Assembly: GCA_964499225.1 (NCBI GenBank)
Contig: CAZCJR010000003.1
Location: 42,340-106,339, forward strand
Origin: an uncultured Cellvibrionaceae bacterium
GTDB taxonomy: Bacteria > Pseudomonadota > Gammaproteobacteria > Pseudomonadales > Cellvibrionaceae
Direction of reading: 5' to 3'
Length of the DNA: 64,000 nt
Part shown: positions 20,616-30,566 of the stretch, one piece after another
Position numbering within the stretch: position 1 is the first letter of the stretch
How the letters are laid out: each line of letters begins with the position of its first letter
Notes under the pieces: model-generated
Databases searched by the model: none
Told to the model about the DNA's origin: nothing
Seen by the model: only the letters and a program-made list of their open reading frames with translations
Program-made: the position numbers and the translations under genes

Positions 20616-21254
20616 ATGAATCCATTTGATTTTTTCGAAGAAATATACTGTATCAATCTCGATCATAGATCGGATAGGTGGGCGTTAGCACAAGAAGAAT
20701 TTGAGAAACTTGGTATTAAAGATAGAGTTAAAAGATTTTCTGCAATAAAACATGAAGATGGTAGAGTTGGTGTTATAAAATCTAATTTAGAAATTGTTAA
20801 AATTGCAAGACAAAAAAATTTAAAAAATGTTTTGGTTTTTGAGGATGATGTGAAATTTATATTTGAAAATGAACCATTATTAAATTTAGAAAAATCTCTA
20901 AAACAGATAGTTGGGTTTAAATGGAAATTATTTTATTTGGGTGCAAATACACATTCTAAATTGATTAAAGTATCAAATAATTTAATTTTATTGAAAAATG
21001 CTTTTGCTGTACATTCAATGGCTTATAATCAGTCTATATATGATAAATTTATATCATATGCTACAAAAGTAGATAAAATAATGAATAGTAAAGATATATT
21101 AGATGTTTGGTTGGCACAAGAAATACAATCTAAAGATATTGTTTTAATGGTTAATCCATTACTGACTACACAACGGGAATCATATTCGGATATAGAACAT
21201 AGAAATGTTAACTATAGTTTCATAGAAGAAAGATTTAAAAATAATATAAAATAA
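20616..21254 (+). CDS. GT25 family glycosyltransferase
   Basis: YCINLDHRSDRW, RFSAI, VLVFEDD and LFYLG. Confidence 0.88.
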   Translation: MNPFDFFEEIYCINLDHRSDRWALAQEEFEKLGIKDRVKRFSAIKHEDGRVGVIKSNLEIVKIARQKNLKNVLVFEDDVKFIFENEPLLNLEKSLKQIVGFKWKLFYLGANTHSKLIKVSNNLILLKNAFAVHSMAYNQSIYDKFISYATKVDKIMNSKDILDVWLAQEIQSKDIVLMVNPLLTTQRESYSDIEHRNVNYSFIEERFKNNIK

Positions 21255-21300
21255 ATGAATATAGTGGATAATCATAGTCTGATATTTTATATATAGTAAT

Positions 21301-22365
21301 ATGGAGAAAGAAGAATTTATAGAAAAGGCTAATGTAGTACATAATTATTTTTATAATTATGATAAAGTTAATTATAAAAATAATAAAACAAAAATTATAA
21401 TTTCTTGTCCAAATCATGGTGATATCGAAGTTAGACCAGATAATCATTTGCGAGGTATTAAATGTAAATATTGTTCCAATAATAATATAAAATATACAAT
21501 AGATGATTTTATTATCAGATCAAATAAAATACACAATAATAAATACAAATATGATAAAGTTGATTATGTTGATACACATACAAAAATAAAAATAATTTGT
21601 GTAGAACATGGTATTTTTGAACAAAAACCATATAAACATTTAAATGGTCAAGGATGTGTAAAATGTTCAAAAAATTGTAAGAAAGATTTCGATTATTATT
21701 TAGTAAAATTTAATAAATTATATGATAATAAATATTCATATGATAATATTTTTATAAATTTAAGAACTAAAATAAACATTTGTTGTAAAGAACACGGTTG
21801 GTTTAAAAAGAAAATATTAGATCATTTATATGGACAAGGTTGTCCTTATTGTAATTATAAAACCAATCAACAAGATTTTATAAATATGTCGAATATAATA
21901 CATAATAATAAATATGATTATTCATTGGTTGAATATAGTAATAATAAAATAAAAATAAAAATTATTTGTCCTAATCATGGTGTTTTTGAAACATCACCAA
22001 GGCAACATTTGATAGGTCAAGAATGTAAATTGTGTTCAAATAAAAACATGAGATTAAAAATGATAAAAAGAATTGAAGAAAATAAAAACAATGGTTATCA
22101 AATTTTTCCAAATTATAATAAAAATGCATGTAAATTGTTTGATGAAATTTCATTGAAAGAAAATATTCATATTCAACATGCAATGAATGGTGGAGAGTAT
22201 TATATTAAAGAATTAGGTTATTGGATTGATGGTTATGATCAAATAAATAATGTAGTTTATGAATTTGATGAAAATTATCATAAATATCAGAAAGAAAAAG
22301 ATTTAATAAGACAACAAGAAATAGAAAATTTTTTAAATACAAAAATAATAAGAATATATGAGTAA
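21301..22365 (+). mobile_element. Free-standing homing endonuclease-like gene: CxxHG/CxxC repeats + C-terminal PD-(D/E)xK (Vsr-like) nuclease
   Basis: Repeated YDYSxVxY...IICxxHGxF...HLxGxGCxxC units; YWIDGYD...VYEFDENYH; inserted between two GT genes. Confidence 0.75.
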
Positions 22366-23149
22366 AATAAATTGGTGTCTATTCTCAAAAGACCGTGCAA
22401 CACAACTTGAATTATTGTTAAGATCAACAAAAGAATATTTTAAAGAATATTATGATACTAAAATAAATGTATTATATACATATTCAAATGATTCTTTTAA
22501 GGAAGGTTATGATAAAGTTAAATTAGAATATCCGGAAATTAATTTCATTAAGGAAAGAAATTTTAAAAAAGATGTAATATCTTTGGTAGATATTAATAAT
22601 AAATATACTATATTCTTTGTTGATGATCAAGTTTTTAAAGAAACGTTTGAAATGTTTGAAATAATAAATTTTGAGAAAAATGAGCATATTTTGTGTGTTA
22701 GTTTAAGATTACATCCAAATATGACTTATTGTTATACTGCAAATGTACAAATGACTCCAATAAAAAATAATGTGTGGTCTTGGAGAGGATTACCAGGAGA
22801 TTATGGATATCCTATGTCTTTGGATTCACATGTGTTCTTGACACAAGATATACTACCATATTTAATAAATGTTGATTATAAAAATCCAAATTCATTAGAA
22901 TCTATAATATCATCATATCCAATAAATAAGACTCTTATGATGTGTTTTGATAAGTCTAAGACATTTAATAATCCTTGTAATAAAGTACAAACAAACAATC
23001 CTAATAAACATGGAAACATAACAGCCGAATATTTAAACCAAGAGTTTTTAAATGGTTCGATAATAGATTTAACTCCTTTTAGAGGATTAAACAATGAATC
23101 TTGTCATAAGGAGATGCCAATAAAAATGATTAAAAAATTAAATATATAG
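22358..23149 (+). CDS. Putative GT-A glycosyltransferase
   Basis: FSKDRATQL, FFVDD and YPMSLD. Confidence 0.6.
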   Translation: MSKINWCLFSKDRATQLELLLRSTKEYFKEYYDTKINVLYTYSNDSFKEGYDKVKLEYPEINFIKERNFKKDVISLVDINNKYTIFFVDDQVFKETFEMFEIINFEKNEHILCVSLRLHPNMTYCYTANVQMTPIKNNVWSWRGLPGDYGYPMSLDSHVFLTQDILPYLINVDYKNPNSLESIISSYPINKTLMMCFDKSKTFNNPCNKVQTNNPNKHGNITAEYLNQEFLNGSIIDLTPFRGLNNESCHKEMPIKMIKKLNI

Positions 23150-23168
23150 ATAAAAAATAATAATACTT

Positions 23169-23516
23169 ATGAGTTGGAATGAATATGATGATAATGAAGA
23201 TGATTTTGATCAAGATGGTGAAGATACTATTGATAATTGGGAAGTAAGATTTAATGGTGAGAAATTAGATGTTTTTGAAACAAAGGAAGACGCTTTGTGG
23301 TGTATTTTCGATGAATTAGAACAAGTTATTGATTTTTATGATAAAGTAGAAGATTTGGGTTATAATGATGAAATAGAGTTGGTAGAGTCGTTATTGGATA
23401 TGTGTTCAACTGATTTTTATGATGAATTTGATAGAATCATAAAATTTTTTAAAATTAAAGATGTTTATAAGATAATAAATTTAGATAATGAAGAACCAGA
23501 ATTCGGGGAATTATAA
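23169..23516 (+). CDS. Highly acidic hypothetical protein
   Basis: 115-aa ORF rich in D/E. Confidence 0.7.
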   Translation: MSWNEYDDNEDDFDQDGEDTIDNWEVRFNGEKLDVFETKEDALWCIFDELEQVIDFYDKVEDLGYNDEIELVESLLDMCSTDFYDEFDRIIKFFKIKDVYKIINLDNEEPEFGEL

Positions 23517-23546
23517 TTAATATATAAGTAAAATAAAAAATACATT

Positions 23547-23798
23547 ATGAAAATATTAAAATTTAATGAATCTGTTGATACTATAATAGATCATGTTTGG
23601 AAAAATGGTAGAAATGTTATAGGAATTGTTGCAGTAAGAACTTCACAAGGTTGGATAGCATATATTGGTGTAGGTGAAGGACGCGATGAAAAACAAGATC
23701 TAAATTTTATTGCTGATTATGGTTCAAAATTGTTAGAAGATGAAGGTCGAGCTTTTTTTCCTAGATTGAAAAGTTTGGAATATGATATAGACGCATAA
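23547..23798 (+). CDS. Hypothetical protein with CTS-like leader
   Basis: MKILKFNES; TAATATATA at 23518-23526. Confidence 0.75.
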   Translation: MKILKFNESVDTIIDHVWKNGRNVIGIVAVRTSQGWIAYIGVGEGRDEKQDLNFIADYGSKLLEDEGRAFFPRLKSLEYDIDA

Positions 23799-23812
23799 AA
23801 ATAATACTATAT

Positions 23813-24151
23813 ATGAAAAAATTAAAAACATTTGAAAATTTTAGTCAAGACACAAAAAACCTTGGAGTAGATATATATGATAAAACAAGAAATTTAATAC
23901 AAGAATATCCTCAACTTTTAGATGAAATAGAACCAGGACAAATAGGTATTTATATAGGTTATGTTACAAGTATGTTCTTTTCATCATCCTTTACAGATTT
24001 TGATGATAATTCAGAAAAAATATATGTTCAATATCATCTTGATAAAGATGAAGAAGATTCTGTTGGGTTTGTAGATGATTTGGTTGAATTAAATGATTTA
24101 GATGAAGATTCAGTAGAAACAATATATGATTATTTAAAAAGTAAAATGTAA
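23813..24151 (+). CDS. Hypothetical protein with CTS-like leader
   Basis: MKKLKTFENF. Confidence 0.75.
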   Translation: MKKLKTFENFSQDTKNLGVDIYDKTRNLIQEYPQLLDEIEPGQIGIYIGYVTSMFFSSSFTDFDDNSEKIYVQYHLDKDEEDSVGFVDDLVELNDLDEDSVETIYDYLKSKM

Positions 24152-24153
24152 TA

Positions 24154-24390
24154 ATGCCTGGAGAAAAATCAATACATACCGCTAAATGGGATAGATGTGT
24201 TAAGATTGTAAAGTCTAAAAGCCCAGAAGCTAATCCATATGCAATTTGTTCATCATCAATAGATGATGGTGGTGTTAAAAAATCACATCAAAAGAAATCA
24301 GGAAAAGGTTATTATTCTAATCGTAAGAAATCAGAACAAAAGAATGAAATGATAATTTCATTTAATGATTTTATTAATAAAATACTGTAA
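24154..24390 (+). CDS. Small basic hypothetical protein
   Basis: 78-aa ORF with two Cys (WDRCVK, YAICSS). Confidence 0.65.
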   Translation: MPGEKSIHTAKWDRCVKIVKSKSPEANPYAICSSSIDDGGVKKSHQKKSGKGYYSNRKKSEQKNEMIISFNDFINKIL

Positions 24391-24511
24391 CTATGAATGA
24401 ATATAACGATAGATGGACAAGAGAAAAATTCGTAGAATATAGAAAACTCAAAAAAAGTGGATATACTGAAAAGATGTTGGTAATAAATATTTTCTTTATA
24501 AAGTTTAAGAA

Positions 24512-25549
24512 TTAATTAGTTCTAAAAATTATTTTCTTTTTTGGTTTTTGTTCAGTTTCATCTTCTTTTTCTGGTTCATTCTCTTTCAATTTACCATAAG
24601 AACGAGGTTTAAATTTCAATTTACCATAAGATCTTGGTTTAAATTTCAATTTACCGTAAGAACGAGCTAAAAAACTTTTCTTTTCTTCTACAACATCTTC
24701 TATTTTTCCTTCTATTTTTTCATTTTTAAGATTAAAAATAAGATCTGAGATGTGATTAAAAGCTAAAAGTAATGCAATAGCCATAGGGTCGAATACGAAT
24801 ATGATTAATAATATTAAATAGTTGACAACTCTATCCATAGGTATATTTGATATTTGACTAATATATTTAAGTGGTCCTAAATCAGTATTGTATTCATTGT
24901 TATTTAATTCTAATATTTTACTATCATATTTACTTAATGAATCGGTTAGTGAAGATATATCAGAATTAAATTTAGTTATTTCATTATTTAATGTTTCGAT
25001 AGTTTTATTAGATTCTTTAATATTTTCTTCTGTATTTTTTGCATTTTTTGTACTTGACCAAGTATTTCTTTTGTATAATGTATCTAATCTTGTTTCTTGT
25101 TGATTTCTTAAATCGGTCAGTTGATTTATTCTTTTATCTCTGAAGTCAACTTGTTTTTTCAAATTATCTATTTGATTTGTGAACATATTTTGTTTATTCT
25201 CTATGATTTTTATTTCATTGTTTATCATACCAAGGTTGGTTGATGTTGATTGATAAGATGCACTTAAAAATCCATATATACCCATAGAAGTAAGTAACAT
25301 TAAAATAACAACACCAAAAGTCATATAAGTTTTTCTAAACCAGTCTATTGTACTCCAATATCTATGTAAATAACTTACAGCTATAATTTTTCCAAATTCT
25401 AATCCACTAAATAATATTATACCGGCTAATGCTGCACCAATAAACAATTTAGATAGACCAAAAATAGAAAAATATGCAGCGGAGCCAGCTAATATAAGAG
25501 CGCTTAAACCAACCAATATTTGATAAATTCTATGTCTTAATATTTCCAT
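24512..25549 (-). CDS. Multi-pass membrane protein with long coiled coil
   Basis: Three N-terminal hydrophobic segments, a heptad region and a C-terminal TM (LIIFVFDPMAIALLLA). Confidence 0.8.
   Translation of the reverse strand: MEILRHRIYQILVGLSALILAGSAAYFSIFGLSKLFIGAALAGIILFSGLEFGKIIAVSYLHRYWSTIDWFRKTYMTFGVVILMLLTSMGIYGFLSASYQSTSTNLGMINNEIKIIENKQNMFTNQIDNLKKQVDFRDKRINQLTDLRNQQETRLDTLYKRNTWSSTKNAKNTEENIKESNKTIETLNNEITKFNSDISSLTDSLSKYDSKILELNNNEYNTDLGPLKYISQISNIPMDRVVNYLILLIIFVFDPMAIALLLAFNHISDLIFNLKNEKIEGKIEDVVEEKKSFLARSYGKLKFKPRSYGKLKFKPRSYGKLKENEPEKEDETEQKPKKKIIFRTN
24584..24666. repeat. 30-bp tandem repeat (~2.8 copies) encoding RSYGKLKFKP
   Basis: tttcaatttaccataag...ggtttaaa units at 30-bp period. 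Confidence 0.9.
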
Positions 25550-25619
25550 AACTATTATATATTAAAATTATGATGTTTAAAAAATATTTAGTATATTTGT
25601 AGAAATAAAAATAAAAAAT

Positions 25620-26240
25620 ATGGAAAATATAGATTATACACAGGATTACTCGGAGATGGTGTTGGTTAGTGGTAAAGATTTTGAAAGACTAAGATTTGGA
25701 AATGGACCTGCCGGATTTGGATATCAAATTTTTGATAGAAAAACTAAAAAAATGATTTATCATACATCAACGAAAGAAAAAGCTGCTGAAGCTGTTAATT
25801 GTTTACGTGAAGGTAGAAAAGTTCCATCGACAGAAGGTGATGTGTTTTCTTCAAAGATTTTAATTTTAAAGGAAAAACATTCAGAACAATATATTCTTGT
25901 TCCGGATCATAAAAAATTATTAGAAATTTCTATAAAAATCATTAAATCACGATTAACACAAAATTATTATTACAAACCAACAAAACCAAATAAACAAGAA
26001 ATAACACAAGAAGATATTGATAAATTTCCTGAAGGTAAATATAAAGAACAAGCAAAGAAAGATTTATTGTCTTATGTGAAAGAATTAAAAGATTATAATA
26101 ATGAAATGTCTGATTATTCTTTAATTGAAAGAGGATGTAATGGAGATGGTAATGCCGCTTGGGCATTTCTAAGTGAAAGAAGTGGATATCAATATGAAGA
26201 AATAGAGTTAATTGAACCAGACATAGATTATCATGGATAA
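25620..26240 (+). CDS. Hypothetical protein
   Basis: 206-aa ORF with an A-rich start context. Confidence 0.7.
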   Translation: MENIDYTQDYSEMVLVSGKDFERLRFGNGPAGFGYQIFDRKTKKMIYHTSTKEKAAEAVNCLREGRKVPSTEGDVFSSKILILKEKHSEQYILVPDHKKLLEISIKIIKSRLTQNYYYKPTKPNKQEITQEDIDKFPEGKYKEQAKKDLLSYVKELKDYNNEMSDYSLIERGCNGDGNAAWAFLSERSGYQYEEIELIEPDIDYHG

Positions 26241-26253
26241 TTAAAAATAAGTT

Positions 26254-26454
26254 ATGATAGGTAGAGAATGTAAACATATAAAAACAGGGCATATTGGTAA
26301 AATTACTAAAGAAATGGATGGTACTAAAGATTTTTCAGAACAATGGGGTATCTATTGGTATAGTGGTGCAGAAGGAAAAGAACATGCGATAAGAATAAGA
26401 ACTATTGGTATGTTGAATCATTGGCAAGATAAATCTATAATTGAAATATTATGA
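26254..26454 (+). CDS. Hypothetical protein
   Basis: 66-aa ORF, ATGA-coupled to the next gene. Confidence 0.6.
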   Translation: MIGRECKHIKTGHIGKITKEMDGTKDFSEQWGIYWYSGAEGKEHAIRIRTIGMLNHWQDKSIIEIL

Positions 26455-26777
26455 TTAAAAATATGAGTAATAGAGAAATGAAAGATTTATTAGTAAAATC
26501 TCATATACATATTAATAAAAAATCTCATAACTTATATAAATATGTTTTTAATATAAGTGATATTTCTATGGCTGGAGATCACATGACTTTATGGATACCA
26601 AGTGTTTATGATTTAGGATTTAGGTATGTTTTTTTTAATGATATATTGTGGAATCTTACAAAAGATTATAATGCTTATCAAACAAAATATAATTTAGTAA
26701 AAAATACTGAAGATGAAATATTAAAATTTATTATTTCAGAATTAAGAATAAAAAAATTGGAAAGAATTATAAAATGA
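26451..26777 (+). CDS. Hypothetical protein with C-terminal RxxKLxRI motif
   Basis: ends ELRIKKLERIIK*. Confidence 0.75.
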   Translation: MIKNMSNREMKDLLVKSHIHINKKSHNLYKYVFNISDISMAGDHMTLWIPSVYDLGFRYVFFNDILWNLTKDYNAYQTKYNLVKNTEDEILKFIISELRIKKLERIIK

Positions 26778-26962
26778 CAAAACTTTATACTGTGGCACAT
26801 ACTATATTTTATACATACCATGATGCTATGGTATATGCAAAATATAGATATAGTAGAGGAATGATGGATTATGAAGTTACAGTTGATAATATATACACCG
26901 AAGAAGAAAAAAAGAGAAAAAACAGAGAGAAAAAATTAAAAAGAATTTTATTTAATGGATAA
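26774..26962 (+). CDS. Hypothetical protein with C-terminal motif
   Basis: ends NREKKLKRILFNG*. Confidence 0.75.
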   Translation: MTKLYTVAHTIFYTYHDAMVYAKYRYSRGMMDYEVTVDNIYTEEEKKRKNREKKLKRILFNG

Positions 26963-26992
26963 TTATCCTTATATTTACATAAATTAAAAAAT

Positions 26993-28228
26993 ATGACTAT
27001 TAAAGAACAATGTGAACTATTTTTAAGATATAAATTTGAATATTATATCTTAAATAAGCCTACTATTAGTGATTCTATTTTTGATAAATTTGAATCAGCA
27101 TTAAGATCTACAGGTGATTCGTTAGCCTTGGAAGTTGTTGATTTAACGGATTTTCCAACTTTTGAAGTTATTAAAAAATTAGGTTTAGATATAGATAAAA
27201 TTGCACCAGAACAGAAAGTAAAAAATGATGAAAAATATCATAAACATTGGACAATGATGTTAAGTATTGCAAAATTGCAAGTTAATGATGAAGAAAATAT
27301 ACCATATACGGAATTAGATAGATTCTTATCTAAAAGAAAAACAGAAAGATACGAGTGTAGTTGTAAATATGATGGTAACTCTATGAGTTTGATGTATGAT
27401 AATGGTGTATTAATTCAAGCATTAACAAGAGGTCATGGTGATGAGGGTAAGGATAGAACAAAAAAAATGAAATTATTAGTTCCGAATAGAATTTCGATTA
27501 CTGGTAAAGTTGAAGTTCGTGGTGAAGTAGTGATATCAAAAAAAGTTTGGAAAGATAAATATTATGATGAAGAAAACTTAAGTAATGAGAGAAATTTTGT
27601 TGGAGGAGCGTTAAATAAAGAAGATTATAACGTTGAAGAAATAAATGATTTAGTTTTTGTTGCGTATTCTTTGGTGTCTGTTGAAGATAAAATAACATAT
27701 ATTGATAATACTATGAATGTGTTAGAAGAATTGGGTTTTAATAAAAAACATAAACCGTTTTTAAGTTATATTAAAGACTCTTCAGAATTTGAAAAAATGT
27801 ATTTTGAGTTTAAAGAATATAGAGAAAATTGTGAGTTTTTACTTGATGGTATTGTTATAAAATATCCTGAGAATGCAAGAACTAAAATGATTTCTAAAAC
27901 TAAATATCCTGCTTGGTCACTTGCTATTAAATTTGAAAGTCAATTTGCAGAAACTTTATTGCAAGAATTTGAGTGGTCTAATAGTAAAACTGGTGAATTT
28001 TGCCCTATTGCCCTATTGGAGCCTGTTGAATTAGGAGGCACAATGAATCGGAGAGCATCTTGTCACAACTTATCTTTTATTATTAAAAATGGTTGTTTTC
28101 CTGGTTGTATTGTTAAAATTCGTAAGGCAGGTGAGATCATAAATCAAGTAGTCGAAATAGTTAAGAAATCGCCAAATCATGATGAATATATGAAACAGTT
28201 TGAAGATTTCATTAAACAGAGTAAGTAA
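26993..28228 (+). CDS. ligA: NAD+-dependent DNA ligase, minimal (Ia + adenylation + OB domains only)
   Basis: PTISDSIFD, CKYDG (KxDG), ALTRG, EVRGEV, DGIVIK, AIKF, RASCHN and KAGEII; ends right after the OB fold. Confidence 0.9.
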   Translation: MTIKEQCELFLRYKFEYYILNKPTISDSIFDKFESALRSTGDSLALEVVDLTDFPTFEVIKKLGLDIDKIAPEQKVKNDEKYHKHWTMMLSIAKLQVNDEENIPYTELDRFLSKRKTERYECSCKYDGNSMSLMYDNGVLIQALTRGHGDEGKDRTKKMKLLVPNRISITGKVEVRGEVVISKKVWKDKYYDEENLSNERNFVGGALNKEDYNVEEINDLVFVAYSLVSVEDKITYIDNTMNVLEELGFNKKHKPFLSYIKDSSEFEKMYFEFKEYRENCEFLLDGIVIKYPENARTKMISKTKYPAWSLAIKFESQFAETLLQEFEWSNSKTGEFCPIALLEPVELGGTMNRRASCHNLSFIIKNGCFPGCIVKIRKAGEIINQVVEIVKKSPNHDEYMKQFEDFIKQSK

Positions 28229-28237
28229 ATTACTCTG
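28217..28237. terminator. Hairpin between convergent ligA and endonuclease genes
   Basis: cagagtaa-gtaaa-ttactctg followed by a T-run. Confidence 0.55.
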
Positions 28238-29453
28238 ATTTTTTTATCATATGAACACATATTTTATCTAACCATTTATTTGTCATTGATTGTTGATAAC
28301 AACCTCCTGCATTTAATTTAAACTCTTTTTTAGTTTTATATTTTTTTGATTCTAATTCACAATTTTCAAAAGTCCAATAACCTGATGGTTTTATTTTTGG
28401 TTTTTTCATGTGTGAACATATCATATCTATTATTTTTCTTTTCTTTGCAACATTGTATATTTTTGTACTATTGTTTTTAAAATCTACTTTTGTTTCATAT
28501 TTTAGTGCATCCATATGACAAAAATCGTCTGTATATTTCTTTGTTTTGCCACCACCTACACCACCGGTTTTCAATATATTCAACATTGTCCAACCACTAT
28601 TTTTATACTCTTGAAAATAATATTCTTCTTTTAATATTGCATCATTAATTAAAATATAATCAGTCAATTTTTTTAATATTGGTTCATAGTTTGTTTTTGA
28701 AAAATGTTTATAAACTGGACCTCTTTCAAAATGTTCTTTATTTCTTTTGTTTATATTATATGTTAGACCAACATATGCATGATTATCTGGAAATTCATAA
28801 ACATAAATACATCTATTGTATAAATTCCCTTTTTCCTCCATATGTGAACAAATTTCTTTAATCCACCCTTTTGATAATGATTTTGAATATGCTGATGAAT
28901 CATTATTATAAAAATCTGTTTTAGTTTTATATTTCAATGCTAATTCTTTACATTTTTCAAAAGAAAAATATCCATTTGGTTTCTGTTTTTCTAACATATG
29001 ACAACAAATATCAGATAACCAATTATTTTTTAAAGTAACTGTGTATGAACCTTTACCATATTTTTGAAAATCTGTTTTATTTTCATATTTTAATGCTTCT
29101 TCTTTACATTTTTCAAATGTCCAATAATTCTTTTTGTTTTGTTTAAGTAACATATATTTACAAACAATATCTACCCAATCATTTTTAACACATATTCTAT
29201 ATAAATTTGGTTCATTTTTTATAAAATCTATTTTATATGTATATGTTTCTGATTTTTTAATACAATAATCAATAGTGTATTCTATTTTTTTATTCATATG
29301 TTGACATATATCATCTATCCATTTTTCTGTTAGAGATTTAGTATATGCTGATTTACATCTTTTTTCAAATTCACTTTTAGAATTACATAATAATGCTTCT
29401 TCATGACATCTTTCTTTTGTCCAATAACCATTTGGTTTCCTTTTATTTTTCAT
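28230..29453 (-). mobile_element. GIY-YIG homing endonuclease-like gene with repeated WTxExCxEEAxKY...W...IC.HM modules
   Basis: RCIYVYEF...YVGLTYN...R...E...LN GIY-YIG core flanked by ~45-aa repeats. Confidence 0.8.
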
Positions 29454-29623
29454 TATATTATTATTTTTTTTAATTTTTCATCATCTGGATTAATTATTTT
29501 AAGATCTTGGTATATTAGCCATTCTATATATTCTGATTTATTTGCAAATGTTTCGTTCAAAATTTCATTCATTTGTTTATTGAGTGATATTGTTATTATA
29601 TCTTTTGTTTTTTTGCGTTTCAT
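29453..29623 (-). CDS. 56-aa ribbon-helix-helix DNA-binding protein (not in ORF track)
   Basis: MKRKKTKDIITISLNKQMNEIL...NKSEYIEWLIYQDL; TAATG-coupled to the endonuclease. Confidence 0.65.
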   Translation of the reverse strand: MKRKKTKDIITISLNKQMNEILNETFANKSEYIEWLIYQDLKIINPDDEKLKKIII

Positions 29624-29744
29624 AATTAGAGTTTCTTTTATAGTATATATTAAATAATTAAAGTCAAAAAGTCATAATTGTGAATTATTTTTGAAATAAA
29701 ACAAAAATATTTTTTCGATATATAATAAACAAAAACTTATTTTT

Positions 29745-29930
29745 ATGTCAAATAAATTAAAACCTGGTAGAGAGAAGAAACCAAAAATATCTATTTCTGT
29801 GGATAGTGTGTTAAATGAAGTATTAACAGAACATTTAGATACAAATAATATAAATAGATCAAAGTATATAGAGAATTTGATTAAAAAAGATTTAGAAAAT
29901 AGAGGATTTAAAATAGATTCTAAATATTAA
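29745..29930 (+). CDS. Ribbon-helix-helix DNA-binding protein
   Basis: KISISVDSVLNEVL...NRSKYIENLIKKDL. Confidence 0.7.
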   Translation: MSNKLKPGREKKPKISISVDSVLNEVLTEHLDTNNINRSKYIENLIKKDLENRGFKIDSKY

Positions 29931-29984
29931 TTAGGTTAATATATAATTATTGTATAAATTTGTATTTAAAATAAAATAAAAAAT

Positions 29985-30545
29985 ATGAAAAAATTAATTA
30001 TGATGATAACACTAATGATGTGTTTTGTAGTAATGTCTTATGGACAAGAAAATAATCAAGATGATATTAATAAACAAGATACTATTATTACTACTGATGG
30101 TAGAGTAATTTTAGGTACACAGATAAAATTAAACAACAAATACATCCGATATAATACTAGTGGTGATAAGCAAATAGTATACAATTATATAGATATCGAT
30201 GGTAATCAGAAAACTATTCTATCTGATAAAATAGAACGAATAAGTTCTATTAAATCATTTGTCAGTCTTGATACAGAAATGAAGTTATCAGATGAAAAAC
30301 CTCTTTCTGATAATGATCTAAATCTTGGTGGTCGATATATAGAAAAGGGTGGAATGACCAAGAATCTGGCATTATTTATAAACTTAGCAGGAATTTCCGC
30401 TGTTGGACTAGGAGTTACCGAAGGTAGTAGTATACTTATCAAATTTGGTGCTGCACTCACACTTATATCAATACCCATCAACATATCAGGTAACAATCAG
30501 ATTTCAAAAGGCGGAAGACTGATTAAAAATTATAAAGTTAAATAA
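29985..30545 (+). CDS. Exported/membrane protein with Sec signal peptide
   Basis: MKKLIMMITLMMCFVVMSYG|Q; C-terminal hydrophobic hairpin. Confidence 0.75.
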   Translation: MKKLIMMITLMMCFVVMSYGQENNQDDINKQDTIITTDGRVILGTQIKLNNKYIRYNTSGDKQIVYNYIDIDGNQKTILSDKIERISSIKSFVSLDTEMKLSDEKPLSDNDLNLGGRYIEKGGMTKNLALFINLAGISAVGLGVTEGSSILIKFGAALTLISIPINISGNNQISKGGRLIKNYKVK

Positions 30546-30566
30546 TAAATAATAACAAAAACAAAC

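Noticed and set aside
24393-24515. 40-aa ORF MNEYNDRW...
   Set aside because: It overlaps the end of the convergent gene and has no recognisable motif; too weak to call
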